From an uncultured Verrucomicrobiae bacterium (GTDB lineage Bacteria > Verrucomicrobiota > Verrucomicrobiia > Chthoniobacterales > UBA10450), in assembly GCA_963735805.1 (NCBI GenBank), contig CAVTMK010000002.1, positions 224,001 to 288,000 on the forward strand: 64,000 nucleotides of DNA. The letters are read 5' to 3'. Positions 53,594-63,073 of the stretch are shown here, one piece after another. Position 1 is the first letter of the stretch, and every line of letters begins with the position of its first letter. The notes beneath the pieces are model-generated. The model was not told the origin of the DNA. It searched no databases and saw only the letters and a program-made list of their open reading frames with translations. The translations under genes were made by a program, and so were the position numbers.

Positions 53594-54622
53594 ATGGAGA
53601 CGGCCTTTTACCAGTCGGAATCTGAGCAGCCGCATCCAGGGCGTGCCCGCGCGATTATTAAAGCGCATCCGGAAGTCCGGCAATTGATGGTGCGCAATCC
53701 ATGGACGGCTGTCATTGCCGTCTCAATCGTGCTCATGCAAACGGGCATCGCTTTCGAAATGGGAAGACTGGGGTTCGGTTACTGGTGGCTCAGTTTGCTC
53801 ATTGCCTATTGCGTAGGTGCGTTCGCGAATCATGCCAATTACGTCATTATTCACGATGCCACTCACAATCTGATTTTCCGGAATAAAAGCTGGAACAAAA
53901 TGGTGGCCGTCGTCGCCGACCTTCCCAATCTCGCGCCCGGTGCTATGGGTTTCCGTGTTTATCATTTGAAGCATCATTCGCATCAGGGGGATTACGAATA
54001 CGACGCGGACCTGGCGAACCATTGGGAGGCACGACTCGTGGGCAACAAATGGCATCGAAAGGCGGTCTGGCTAATGCTCTTTCCATTTTTTCAGCTGACT
54101 CGGCCGCCACGACTGAAAGCGATTAAGATGTGGGACCGGTGGTTCTTCGTTAATTTTGCATGCGCTGTGGTTTACGATCTGGGGGTCGTTTATTTTTGCG
54201 GTTGGCCGGGATTTCTTTATCTCGTATTCGCATTTTTCTTTTCGATCGGGCTGCATCCGGTGGGGGCCCGCTGGATCCAGGAGCACTACACTTACGATTT
54301 CGACCAGGAAACGTTCAGTTACTACGGGCCGATCAATCGCGTTGCGCTAAACATGGGTTATCACAACGAGCACCACGATCTGCCCTCAATTCCGTGGAAT
54401 AATCTGCCGAAACTGCGCGCCATGGCTCCGGAATTTTACAATAACCTGAAATATCATTCGTCGTGGAGCCGATTGCTTTTCCAGTTCGTCTTTGACAAGC
54501 GATACAGCCTTTATTCGCGGGTTGAACGGATGAAAGAGAGGACGGACTTCCAACGAATCCCCAACATGACAGCCAATCAGGTCGGCGGTCTTGATCTGAG
54601 TGCGAGGACCATTAGTTTTTAG
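53594..54622 (+). CDS. Sphingolipid delta-4 desaturase-like (DEGS/Des1) membrane desaturase
   Basis: N-terminal QPHPGRARAIIKAHPEVRQL resembles the Lipid_DES motif; His boxes HDATH, HLKHH, HNEHH; GLHPVGARWIQEH and TFSYYGP. Confidence 0.85.
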   Translation: METAFYQSESEQPHPGRARAIIKAHPEVRQLMVRNPWTAVIAVSIVLMQTGIAFEMGRLGFGYWWLSLLIAYCVGAFANHANYVIIHDATHNLIFRNKSWNKMVAVVADLPNLAPGAMGFRVYHLKHHSHQGDYEYDADLANHWEARLVGNKWHRKAVWLMLFPFFQLTRPPRLKAIKMWDRWFFVNFACAVVYDLGVVYFCGWPGFLYLVFAFFFSIGLHPVGARWIQEHYTYDFDQETFSYYGPINRVALNMGYHNEHHDLPSIPWNNLPKLRAMAPEFYNNLKYHSSWSRLLFQFVFDKRYSLYSRVERMKERTDFQRIPNMTANQVGGLDLSARTISF

Positions 54623-54624
54623 TA

Positions 54625-55239
54625 ATGGCAGAGCGATTGTACGTCTCGAACAAAAACGAGACAGTCCGGATGTTCGATAGCGATTTCATAGAGTTTTTTT
54701 CGCGGGTGCATCCGGTGACTCCATTGGTGTTGTATGTACCGGTGATTGGCTACATGCTTTATGTGTCTCTCTGGCAACACCAGTTGTCAGTCGTGCCGGT
54801 CACGGCGCTGTTTTTGTTCGGCGTTTTGCTGTGGACACTGACTGAGTACCTCATCCACCGGTACATATTCCATTACCAACCCAGGACTCGTTGGGGAAAA
54901 CGGTTGCACTATGTGATTCACGGCGTGCATCATGACTATCCCAACGACGCGCGACGGCTCGTTATGCCGCCAGTCATCAGCATCCCCCTTGCGTTTCTTT
55001 TCTATGGTCTGTTCCTTCTAATTTTTGGGAGCCTGGCGCCGCCGGTGTTTGCCGGACTGGTCTTCGGTTACGTTTGTTACGACATGCTTCATTACGCAAC
55101 GCACCATCTGATAATGAAGCGCGGCGCGTGGCTTTGGCTGAAGCAATATCACCTCCGCCATCATTTTAAGGACGATCACGTTGGATACGGCATCAGCTCG
55201 CCGCTTTGGGACTATGTTTTTCGGACCACGCGAAAATGA
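54625..55239 (+). CDS. Fatty acid 2-hydroxylase-like (FA2H/Scs7) protein
   Basis: EYLIHRYIFH, HGVHHDYPND.RRLVMPP, YDMLHYATHH, HLRHH, GYGISSPLWD.VF. Confidence 0.88.
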   Translation: MAERLYVSNKNETVRMFDSDFIEFFSRVHPVTPLVLYVPVIGYMLYVSLWQHQLSVVPVTALFLFGVLLWTLTEYLIHRYIFHYQPRTRWGKRLHYVIHGVHHDYPNDARRLVMPPVISIPLAFLFYGLFLLIFGSLAPPVFAGLVFGYVCYDMLHYATHHLIMKRGAWLWLKQYHLRHHFKDDHVGYGISSPLWDYVFRTTRK

Positions 55240-55486
55240 CGCGCTGGGAATATTCCACGGCCAGATAATCAGTTGACGCCGCAAAGGGTGGGGGTTCCGC
55301 CATCTCACCAAAAATCTTGTCCTGAAATCCGAAACCCGCTAGATTGGCTGCCCCGAGACGGAACTCGGCTGCATACGGATGCAGCGGACAACTTCGTAAG
55401 GAATCTGTGAAACACGAAAGCTTTCAACTTTGCCGGGACGCGCCGTCCGTTCGGACGGGAGCGAGCGAAAGGCAGTGTACCATTTG

Positions 55487-56791
55487 ATGAATCACGACCC
55501 GGCAAAACTCAGTCTGAGTAATTTTCTGGCACATGAAACGAGTGATCCGCTGGAGCCGCCGCCCGGATTCACGCATTGGATGCGACAGGCCACGTTCGCA
55601 GTGGAACTTTACGAACCGGAGCTGCTCGCCAGTGCGGACGCGCGCACGACTATCGATTACAACGGCCGGCCGCGCTCGGTAATCAACCTTTGTTCCTACA
55701 ATTATCTCGGGCTGGCAAATCACCCCGAAGTCATCGCCGCAGCGCAGGAAGCATTAAAGACGCACGGTCTCGGCGCATGCGGTTCGCCGATGCTGTCCGG
55801 CATGACGGACCTTCACCGCGAGCTTGAGCGGCAGGTGGCAAAATTCCTCGGACGCGAAGACGCCATGCTTTTTAACAGCGGATTTGGCGGCGCGCTTGGA
55901 ACTATCTCCGGTTTGCTGCGCAAAAACGACGTAGCGATCCTGGATAATCGCTCGCATTTGAGTTTGCGCGACGGTGCGGCGCTTTCGCGATGTCGGGCGG
56001 ACAAATTCGAGCACAACGACCCAGCATCGCTCGATAAGGCGCTGGCGCGTAAACAGGCTCGGCGTCAACTCGTGGTGATGGAAGGAATTTATTCCATGGA
56101 TGGCGATTTCGGGAACCTGCCGGCGCTGCTCGATATCGCGGAGTCGCACGGGGCGAGTGTTTTTGTCGATGAAGCGCACTCGATGCTCGCCTGCGGCGAA
56201 AACGGTCGCGGGGCCGCGGAAAAATTCGGTGTGGAAGGTCGCATACCGCTTGTTTACGGCACATTTTCAAAAGCTTTTGGCGCGCTGGGCGGGTTTGTGG
56301 CCGGCCCGAAGGACACCCTTCGCTACCTGCGTTTTTACGCGCACCCGTATGTTTATTCGTGCGCTTTGCCGCCCGTCGTGGTCGCGGCGATTCTAAAAGC
56401 GCTCGAAATCGGAATGCGCGAGCCGGAGTTACGGAAAAAACTTTGGGAGAACGCCGATTACTTTCACGCGCAACTGCGCAACCTTGGCATCGATACCGGA
56501 ATGTCGACAACCTACATAATGCCGCTCGTAATCGGCGACCGGGAACGCATGTACCGGTTAGGCCACGAGTTGAGACGGCGCGGTTTGTGGGTGGCGCCGG
56601 TGGATTACCCGGCGGTGCCGCAAAACAAGATTTGTTTCCGCGCGTGCGTGACGGCCAAACATACCCGCGCCGATCTCGATGAAGCGCTCAACATTCTCGA
56701 TGACACGCTCAAAGCGGATTCGAAAATTAAGGCGACCACGTTCCGGTTGCGCCTCAAAATGTCTGAGCTGGCGGTGAGGATGAGTTCTTAA
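55487..56791 (+). CDS. spt: Alpha-oxoamine synthase, probable serine palmitoyltransferase
   Basis: SYNYLGL, EGIYSMDGD, DEAHS, GTFSKAFG (PLP lysine). The Spt assignment rests on gene context. Confidence 0.8.
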   Translation: MNHDPAKLSLSNFLAHETSDPLEPPPGFTHWMRQATFAVELYEPELLASADARTTIDYNGRPRSVINLCSYNYLGLANHPEVIAAAQEALKTHGLGACGSPMLSGMTDLHRELERQVAKFLGREDAMLFNSGFGGALGTISGLLRKNDVAILDNRSHLSLRDGAALSRCRADKFEHNDPASLDKALARKQARRQLVVMEGIYSMDGDFGNLPALLDIAESHGASVFVDEAHSMLACGENGRGAAEKFGVEGRIPLVYGTFSKAFGALGGFVAGPKDTLRYLRFYAHPYVYSCALPPVVVAAILKALEIGMREPELRKKLWENADYFHAQLRNLGIDTGMSTTYIMPLVIGDRERMYRLGHELRRRGLWVAPVDYPAVPQNKICFRACVTAKHTRADLDEALNILDDTLKADSKIKATTFRLRLKMSELAVRMSS

Positions 56792-57729
56792 TGCCGGCCC
56801 AGGTTGTTCACACGTCAGCCCCCAAGATCGAATCGACTTTCAAAGCGCGCGACGTCGAGGGAGCTTTCGATCTCTATTTCTACAGGCCAATAGGGTTTTG
56901 GTTGGCCCAGTTTTTTGCGCGCCTCAAGATGACGCCGGCGGGCGTAAGCTTGCTGGCCGGCATCTTTGGCATCGTCGCGGGACATCTTTATTTCTATCGC
57001 GATCTGAGCATCAACGTTGCCGGGATGGTGCTCCATGTTTGCGCGAATACTCTCGATAACGCGGACGGACAGCTCGCGCGTTTGACGCATCGGGAAAGCC
57101 GCGAGGGCCGTATCATTGATAGCATTGCTGACCACCTGGTCTTTGTCAGTGTTTACGTTCATTTGACCCTCCGTTATCTGTTCGAAGGCTCATCGCCAGC
57201 GATCTGTCTTCTCGCACTTGCAGCGGGGGTCAGTCATGCATTGCAAGGAGCAGCCGCGGATTATTATCGCAACACCTATCTTTACTTCGTAACAGCGACC
57301 GTCCGAAAGGGCGTAGATTCCTCATCTGAACTGCGATCGGATTATCGGAAATTGACCTGGCGTCATACACCGTGGCAGAAGCTTCTACTTGCTTTGTATC
57401 TGAATTTCACTCGCCAACAGGAAATGCTGGCGCCACGGCTGAAGACGTTTCGTGATGTCACCGGGCAATTATTTCATGGCAAAATCCCCGACTGGCTAAG
57501 AACGCGCTATCGAAACGTGGCCCGTCCAATGCTCAAGTGGTGGGGACTGTTAATGACGAATATCCGGATGCTGGTCTTGTTTGCCCTTCTGTTCATCAGC
57601 CAACCAGTTTATTACTTCTGGTTCGAGCTGATCCCGCTCAATTTGCTCTTTGTTTATCTTCTGTTTCGCCAGGACAACATGGCCGAGTCGCTCCTGAACG
57701 TCGTTGAGAGCGCAGAAAATTCGGCGTAG
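56791..57729 (+). CDS. CDP-alcohol phosphotransferase
   Basis: DNADGQLAR...GRIIDSIAD signature; its ATG overlaps the spt stop codon. Confidence 0.9.
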   Translation: MPAQVVHTSAPKIESTFKARDVEGAFDLYFYRPIGFWLAQFFARLKMTPAGVSLLAGIFGIVAGHLYFYRDLSINVAGMVLHVCANTLDNADGQLARLTHRESREGRIIDSIADHLVFVSVYVHLTLRYLFEGSSPAICLLALAAGVSHALQGAAADYYRNTYLYFVTATVRKGVDSSSELRSDYRKLTWRHTPWQKLLLALYLNFTRQQEMLAPRLKTFRDVTGQLFHGKIPDWLRTRYRNVARPMLKWWGLLMTNIRMLVLFALLFISQPVYYFWFELIPLNLLFVYLLFRQDNMAESLLNVVESAENSA

Positions 57730-57740
57730 TCATTCTCTGC

Positions 57741-58874
57741 GTGTCGGACGTCGAAATTTCAGAGGTCAGCTCACGCCGGGAGCGCGATGCGTTCATCAAG
57801 TTTCCCTGGAAAATTTACGCGAATGATCCCGCCTGGGTACCGCCGCTAATAATCGAACGCAAAGAGTTCCTCGATCGCAAGCGGCATCCGTTCTACAGAC
57901 ATGGCGATGCCGCGTTATTTTTGGCTCGGAAAAACGGCGAGATCGTTGGCCGAATCATGGCCAGCGATGACCCGAATTACAATTCGTTGCACCAAACCAA
58001 CGTCGGCTGTTTCGGTCTGTTTGAGTCCATCGATGATCGCGATGTAGCCGCCGCGCTCTTTAACGCTGCGGCGAGTTGGCTTCGCAAGAAAGGCCGTACT
58101 GAGATCATGGGTCCGATCGATTATTCAACCAATTACGTCTGTGCCCTGTTGATCGACGGCTTCGAATTTCCGCCCACAGTATTGACCGCGCACAATCCAC
58201 CGTACTACCGGCAACTGATCGAGGGCTGTGGGTTTACAAAAACGAAGGATTGGTACGCGTGGTGGTTTGCTGATCCGTCAAAAGCCGTGGCGCAGTTGCG
58301 ACGGCTGGGCGCTCGCGTTCACAGGCGGTGCTCTGTCACTTTTCGTCCAGCCAATCTCAAAAATCTTCGGGATGAAAGCAGACGGCTCCGTGAAATTTAC
58401 AACCAGGCATGGGAAAAGAACTGGGGCTTTGTGCCATTCACAGAAGCGGAAATTGAGTTTATGACCAACGAGCTTAAGCCGCTGCTCCTGCCGAAGTTTT
58501 CATGGGTTGCCGAGAGCGGCAATGAGCCGGTCGGATTCGCGCTGGGTTTGCCAGACATCAATGTGGTCCTGCGCGACCTCAACGGCCGGCTGACACGATT
58601 TGGGTTTCCAATCGGTCTGATCAAATTACTGTTTTGCAGGAACCGTATCCAAAAGGGTCGCTTGGTCGCTCTCGGCGTAATTGAAAAATATCGCCGTGCC
58701 GGCATTGCCGAGGTGCTCGTGCTGCGCGTGATAGAAGAAACAATGGTCAAACGCGGGATCACCGGCGAACTAAGCATGACTTTGGAAGACAACTTCATGA
58801 TCAACCGCTTTCTCGAAGCGATTGGTGCGCATCGCTACAAGACATATCGCATCTACAGCAAATCAATTGCCTAA
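57741..58874 (+). CDS. Bacterial ceramide synthase-like GNAT protein (bCerS)
   Basis: FIKFPWKIY.NDPAWVPPL, GEIVGRI, GCFGLFE, GPI, HNPPYY, WEKNWGFVP, YKTYRIY; co-oriented with spt. Confidence 0.82.
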   Translation: MSDVEISEVSSRRERDAFIKFPWKIYANDPAWVPPLIIERKEFLDRKRHPFYRHGDAALFLARKNGEIVGRIMASDDPNYNSLHQTNVGCFGLFESIDDRDVAAALFNAAASWLRKKGRTEIMGPIDYSTNYVCALLIDGFEFPPTVLTAHNPPYYRQLIEGCGFTKTKDWYAWWFADPSKAVAQLRRLGARVHRRCSVTFRPANLKNLRDESRRLREIYNQAWEKNWGFVPFTEAEIEFMTNELKPLLLPKFSWVAESGNEPVGFALGLPDINVVLRDLNGRLTRFGFPIGLIKLLFCRNRIQKGRLVALGVIEKYRRAGIAEVLVLRVIEETMVKRGITGELSMTLEDNFMINRFLEAIGAHRYKTYRIYSKSIA

Positions 58875-59100
58875 AAGAATCGTGGTGTGTCGAGACGGGA
58901 CTACATCCTGAATTTTTTGACTAGAACAGCCGTCAGCAGAGAAACACTCTGGGTCGGGCAGATGATGTTTCATTGGGACGTTTAAGGGCCGACACCGTCG
59001 GGGGGAACGTAACACCAGCGTTACCTTTCCAGTCTAGCGCCGTCGGGCTATCGGCTGGAGTTTCCGACTAAGATAGCAAACGAAAGAAAGGAAAAATTGT

Positions 59101-60285
59101 ATGAAAACGACAACCTTACCGATCAGCAGTTCGATCAACCATTTGTCTTTACGATGCTCGTTGATTTTCATTTCGCTCGTCCTTATATGCGTGTTTTTGC
59201 CGAGAGCTGAAGCGGTGACTCCAGCTCCGGATGGCGGTTATCCGGGCTCTAACACAGCTGAAGGGGATAACGCGCTCCAAAGTCTTACGAGTGGCACATC
59301 GAATACAGCCATTGGATTTGACGCGCTCTTTAGCGATACCGCTGGCAGCAATAATACGGCGACTGGTATTGGCACACTCGGTAGCAACACGACTGGCAGT
59401 GATAACACGGCTAATGGTTTTGGCGCTCTGCTTCTTAATACAACTGGCCCTAACAATACCGCGGTTGGCTTTGAAGTGCTGTTTTTCAACAGCGCGGGCT
59501 TCGAGAATGCAGGCACTGGTTCGAGAGCGCTCTTTGCAAACACGACAGGTTTCCATAACACGGCCGACGGTTTTTCCGCGTTAATGAGAAACACAACGGG
59601 AAATCATAATACAGCAAACGGTGACGACGCGCTCAGCAACAATACAACCGGCAATTTTAATACAACAGATGGCGCTCATTCCATGGAAAACAATAGGAGC
59701 GGTAGCGCCAACTCGGCCTTAGGCTTTGGAGCTGGCAACAACGTCACCACGGCCAGTAATGTTATCTGTATCGGTTCCGGGGTAGTTGGTGCGAACGCGA
59801 GCAATAGCTGCTATATCGGGAGCATTTTTGGTCAAACCTCCGCCGGAGGCGCGGCGGTATTCATTAATTCAAGCGGCAAACTTGGCACGAGCACTTCTTC
59901 TCGTCGGTTTAAAGACGAGATTAAGCCAATGGAGCGAACAAGCGAAGCGCTCTTCGCGCTCAAGCCGGTAACCTTTCGTTACAAAAAGGAGATTGATCCG
60001 ACAGGCACACATCAGTTTGGACTGGTCGCCGAAGAAGTAGAGAAGGTGAATCCTGACCTGGTGGTGCGCGACCAAGCCGGAAAACCCTACACCGTGCGTT
60101 ACGAGGCAGTGAATGCGATGTTGTTAAATGAGTTCTTGAAGGAGCACTGCACAGTTCAGGAGCTCAAACAGGAAATTGCAATGCTCACTGCAATTGTCCA
60201 AGAGCAGGCGAGACAAATCGAGAAAGTGAGTGCTCGGATCGACGCAAGCCGGCCCGTTCCTCAAATTGCGCTAAACAATCAGTAA
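59101..60285 (+). CDS. Secreted repeat protein with C-terminal peptidase S74 (intramolecular chaperone) domain
   Basis: Signal peptide, ~14-aa NTA.G..AL..NTTG repeats, SSRRFKDEI, FGLVAEEV, VRYEAVNAMLLNEFLKEH and a coiled coil. Confidence 0.88.
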   Translation: MKTTTLPISSSINHLSLRCSLIFISLVLICVFLPRAEAVTPAPDGGYPGSNTAEGDNALQSLTSGTSNTAIGFDALFSDTAGSNNTATGIGTLGSNTTGSDNTANGFGALLLNTTGPNNTAVGFEVLFFNSAGFENAGTGSRALFANTTGFHNTADGFSALMRNTTGNHNTANGDDALSNNTTGNFNTTDGAHSMENNRSGSANSALGFGAGNNVTTASNVICIGSGVVGANASNSCYIGSIFGQTSAGGAAVFINSSGKLGTSTSSRRFKDEIKPMERTSEALFALKPVTFRYKKEIDPTGTHQFGLVAEEVEKVNPDLVVRDQAGKPYTVRYEAVNAMLLNEFLKEHCTVQELKQEIAMLTAIVQEQARQIEKVSARIDASRPVPQIALNNQ

Positions 60286-60549
60286 AACGCCAGGCGCGAG
60301 GGCTACAGATTAAACACCTCGCCTGGGCGGCCTGTCGTTCCTTCACCGCTCAGTGTTGTCGGCATGGTGACACCATGCCGGGTTCGACAGGCGTTGCCAG
60401 ACAATGAAAAATGAAGGCCTTAGGCGGCAGTGGTGACGGAAACCCGATTGTCAGAATGCAGCCGTAGATATTATGCTCGAATCGGTTCACTGAGTCATCG
60501 GAATGCAACGCTACAAGACATATCGCATTTTCAAGAGAACAGTGACCTA

Positions 60550-61257
60550 ATGAGCAAACCCCAGGATGGTTTCGTTTCACGATTTCTGAATCGGCCAATC
60601 TCGCGCCGGGTAACGACTTTTTTGCTCAAGTTTCCGATTCATCCCAATTGGTGGACGCTATCAATCTTTATTTTGCCGCTGATCGCAGCCGCATTCCTGA
60701 TGCGCGGCGATTACGCCAGCGTCGTCACTGGCGCGGCCATTTTTCAGGCATTCAGTATTCTTGATGGTTGCGACGGCGAAATCGCGCGCGCTAAAAATTT
60801 GGAATCGAAGTTCGGGGAACGTTTGGACAGCTTCTGCGATTTTCTTGCCAGTCTCGTTTACGTTCTCGCGCTTGGGATGGGGCTTCATCATTCAGTCGAA
60901 GGAGTTCTCTGCGCCGGTTTGATTATAGTGAACGAATGGCTTCTGCGGGGTGGCAAGAACGAGATGCAGATGGTTTCGGCAACGCTGCATGAGTCGTTTT
61001 ATTCCAGGCACCACGGAATGATCGGGCAGTCCGGGTTGCTCAATCTCGGCGAACGATTTGTGTGGTGGGTTTTCCAGCTAACCAAGCGGGATATGGCCAT
61101 CCTCTTTTTTCTCCTGCTTGCGCTACTCGGTCTGGCTGAGTGGATTCTTCATCTTTGGACGACTGTCGCCGCCGTAAGCCTGATTGTGACTGCGATCGCT
61201 ACGATCAGGTCTGGCGTGAACCAAGGCGATGTCGTTAGGCGAGAGCCGCGATCATAA
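60550..61257 (+). CDS. CDP-alcohol phosphotransferase (DIPP-synthase-like); start may be 60430
   Basis: DGFVSRFLNRPISR and DGCDGEIAR...FGERLDSFCD. Confidence 0.88.
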   Translation: MSKPQDGFVSRFLNRPISRRVTTFLLKFPIHPNWWTLSIFILPLIAAAFLMRGDYASVVTGAAIFQAFSILDGCDGEIARAKNLESKFGERLDSFCDFLASLVYVLALGMGLHHSVEGVLCAGLIIVNEWLLRGGKNEMQMVSATLHESFYSRHHGMIGQSGLLNLGERFVWWVFQLTKRDMAILFFLLLALLGLAEWILHLWTTVAAVSLIVTAIATIRSGVNQGDVVRREPRS

Positions 61258-61295
61258 GGCGGTGCTCTACTGGAACGACACATTCGTCCGCCGTA

Positions 61296-62054
61296 TCAGG
61301 TCAGTGCGTTCTGCTCCGAAAACCTTCGGGATTTGAGTATCTGTCTCTCGGCATGTTGCAGCATTTGCGGAGTGTCCACGTCCTGCCACCAGCTCTCACT
61401 GATATCTATGGCCCGGACCTTATTGTCACGAGCCATCAACTGAACCCCATCAGCGAGGCTGCAATCGCCCTGACTGCCGCCGGACCTGGCTCGCTCGAGA
61501 TAATTGAAGATTTCGAGCGGGCAAACGAACAAACCGATATCAATCCCATTGTAATCGGACAGATTTTTTCCGATGTTGGTGATGTCGTTTCCGCGAGTTT
61601 GGACTTTCATGGCATCGTCCAGATCGAAAATGGAATCGAGTTTTCGATCCACAGCGATGTTAAGAAAACCAGGAGCGAAAGATTCAAGCAGACAACTGAT
61701 GATCGCGTTCTCGAAAATATGGTCGCTCATACTGAGAAGAAACGGATTTGTCACGCGGCCGGTGGCCATGAGAAGCGATACCCCATTCTGTTTTCTCCAG
61801 GAACGATTTTCGATGAAGGAGATGCTGAGGCCGGAAGGGATTAATTGGCTGACCTGCGAGATCATGCGCTCGCTTTCATAGCCCACCACGAAGTTGACGG
61901 TTCTGATCCCTCCGTGAATTAAGGCATCCAATGTGTACGAAATCAAGGGTCGGCCAGCCACTGAGACGAATGGTTTGAGAAAGGTTTTATCGGAATCACG
62001 CAGTCGCGAGCCTTCGCCGGCCATCAAAATCACAGCTTCGTGGATAGGAGCCAT
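61296..62054 (-). CDS. NTP transferase (IPCT/LicC-like cytidylyltransferase)
   Basis: AVILMAGEGSRL, KP, NGVSL, MSDH, AMKV...IGKNL..Y.GID.GLF, WQDVDTP. Confidence 0.88.
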   Translation of the reverse strand: MAPIHEAVILMAGEGSRLRDSDKTFLKPFVSVAGRPLISYTLDALIHGGIRTVNFVVGYESERMISQVSQLIPSGLSISFIENRSWRKQNGVSLLMATGRVTNPFLLSMSDHIFENAIISCLLESFAPGFLNIAVDRKLDSIFDLDDAMKVQTRGNDITNIGKNLSDYNGIDIGLFVCPLEIFNYLERARSGGSQGDCSLADGVQLMARDNKVRAIDISESWWQDVDTPQMLQHAERQILKSRRFSEQNALT

Positions 62055-62105
62055 ATTCGGAGACAACTCAGTCTGGCGAGACCAGCGTTGCAATAAGGAC
62101 GAGAC

Positions 62106-62909
62106 TCATATCCCGTAATGCCTTTTCAGGCCCCATAGTCGAATGCGTTGTGGAAGAAATCTAAAGATCAGCGGTGCAATCCTCGATTCAAACAGATCAC
62201 CAACTGTCACCCGCGGTGGCGGTCGATCTGCGTTGATCAATTTGAGAACTTCCCGGGCAACGAGGTCCGGAGAAGGCGCATTTTTCATAGTGCGTTCGAC
62301 GATTTCCCACGCCCTGGCGACTTTTGCGTCGTACCGTGGATCCCCCTTCGCACTCCTGATCACGCCTTGATTAAATTCAGTGCAAATATCGCCGGGCTGG
62401 AGATCGACAATGCGCACCGGAGAATTACCTAGCTCGAGCTGGGTTGACATGGTGAAGGATGCCATCGCCGCTTTTGCGGCGTTGTAAGCAGCCATAAACG
62501 GTACTGGTAGCCGGGAAGCTAACGAAGTGACGTTAATGATCAAACCTTCTCCACGTGTCTGCATGTGGTGCAACGCGAGGTCCATCAACTGGATTTGGCC
62601 GAAAACGAGAATCTGAAACTGGCTGGCAATTGTTTCCGGTGGAAGAAGCTCGGCGGGTCCAAAATGACCGGCGCCTGCATTGTTAATCAAAACGTCGAAG
62701 TATCCCGCTTTGGCTAGCGCACCATTGAACGCCTGTTCGATGGAGAGCGAATCGGTTAAATCCAAGTGGACCGCATACCATCGCGGCATTTTTGGGATGC
62801 GTTCCAAATTACGCGACGTACCCCAGACCTCATGACCTTCCGCCAGGAGTAATTTGGCGGTGGTCAAGCCGATGCCGGAGCTCGCACCGGTGATAAAAAC
62901 TTTTTTCAC
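62106..62909 (-). CDS. SDR oxidoreductase
   Basis: TGASSGIG, NNAG, YNAAK. Confidence 0.92.
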   Translation of the reverse strand: MKKVFITGASSGIGLTTAKLLLAEGHEVWGTSRNLERIPKMPRWYAVHLDLTDSLSIEQAFNGALAKAGYFDVLINNAGAGHFGPAELLPPETIASQFQILVFGQIQLMDLALHHMQTRGEGLIINVTSLASRLPVPFMAAYNAAKAAMASFTMSTQLELGNSPVRIVDLQPGDICTEFNQGVIRSAKGDPRYDAKVARAWEIVERTMKNAPSPDLVAREVLKLINADRPPPRVTVGDLFESRIAPLIFRFLPQRIRLWGLKRHYGI

Positions 62910-63073
62910 GATTTAGAAAATGGTTCACGTCGCGCGACGCATTGCATGTTGCTACCGCGTTAATTCCTATTTTAACTATCGGTTCGATGCAAGAATGTCC
63001 TTCGCAGCAATATCAGTATCCGGCGAGTTATGTTTAGACGCTCCTCGGATTCCAAGGTGCCCATTTTGTCCCA

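Noticed and set aside
55240..55486. Riboswitch or acyl-carrier-protein gene upstream of spt
   Set aside because: Only a short hairpin (GCTGCAT-ACGG-ATGCAGC); no known aptamer consensus or DSL-motif ORF was recognised.
59101..60285. Prophage tail gene or CRISPR-like periodicity
   Set aside because: No other phage genes nearby, the protein has a signal peptide, and the repeats are degenerate coding repeats. No repeat-spacer array was seen anywhere in the window.
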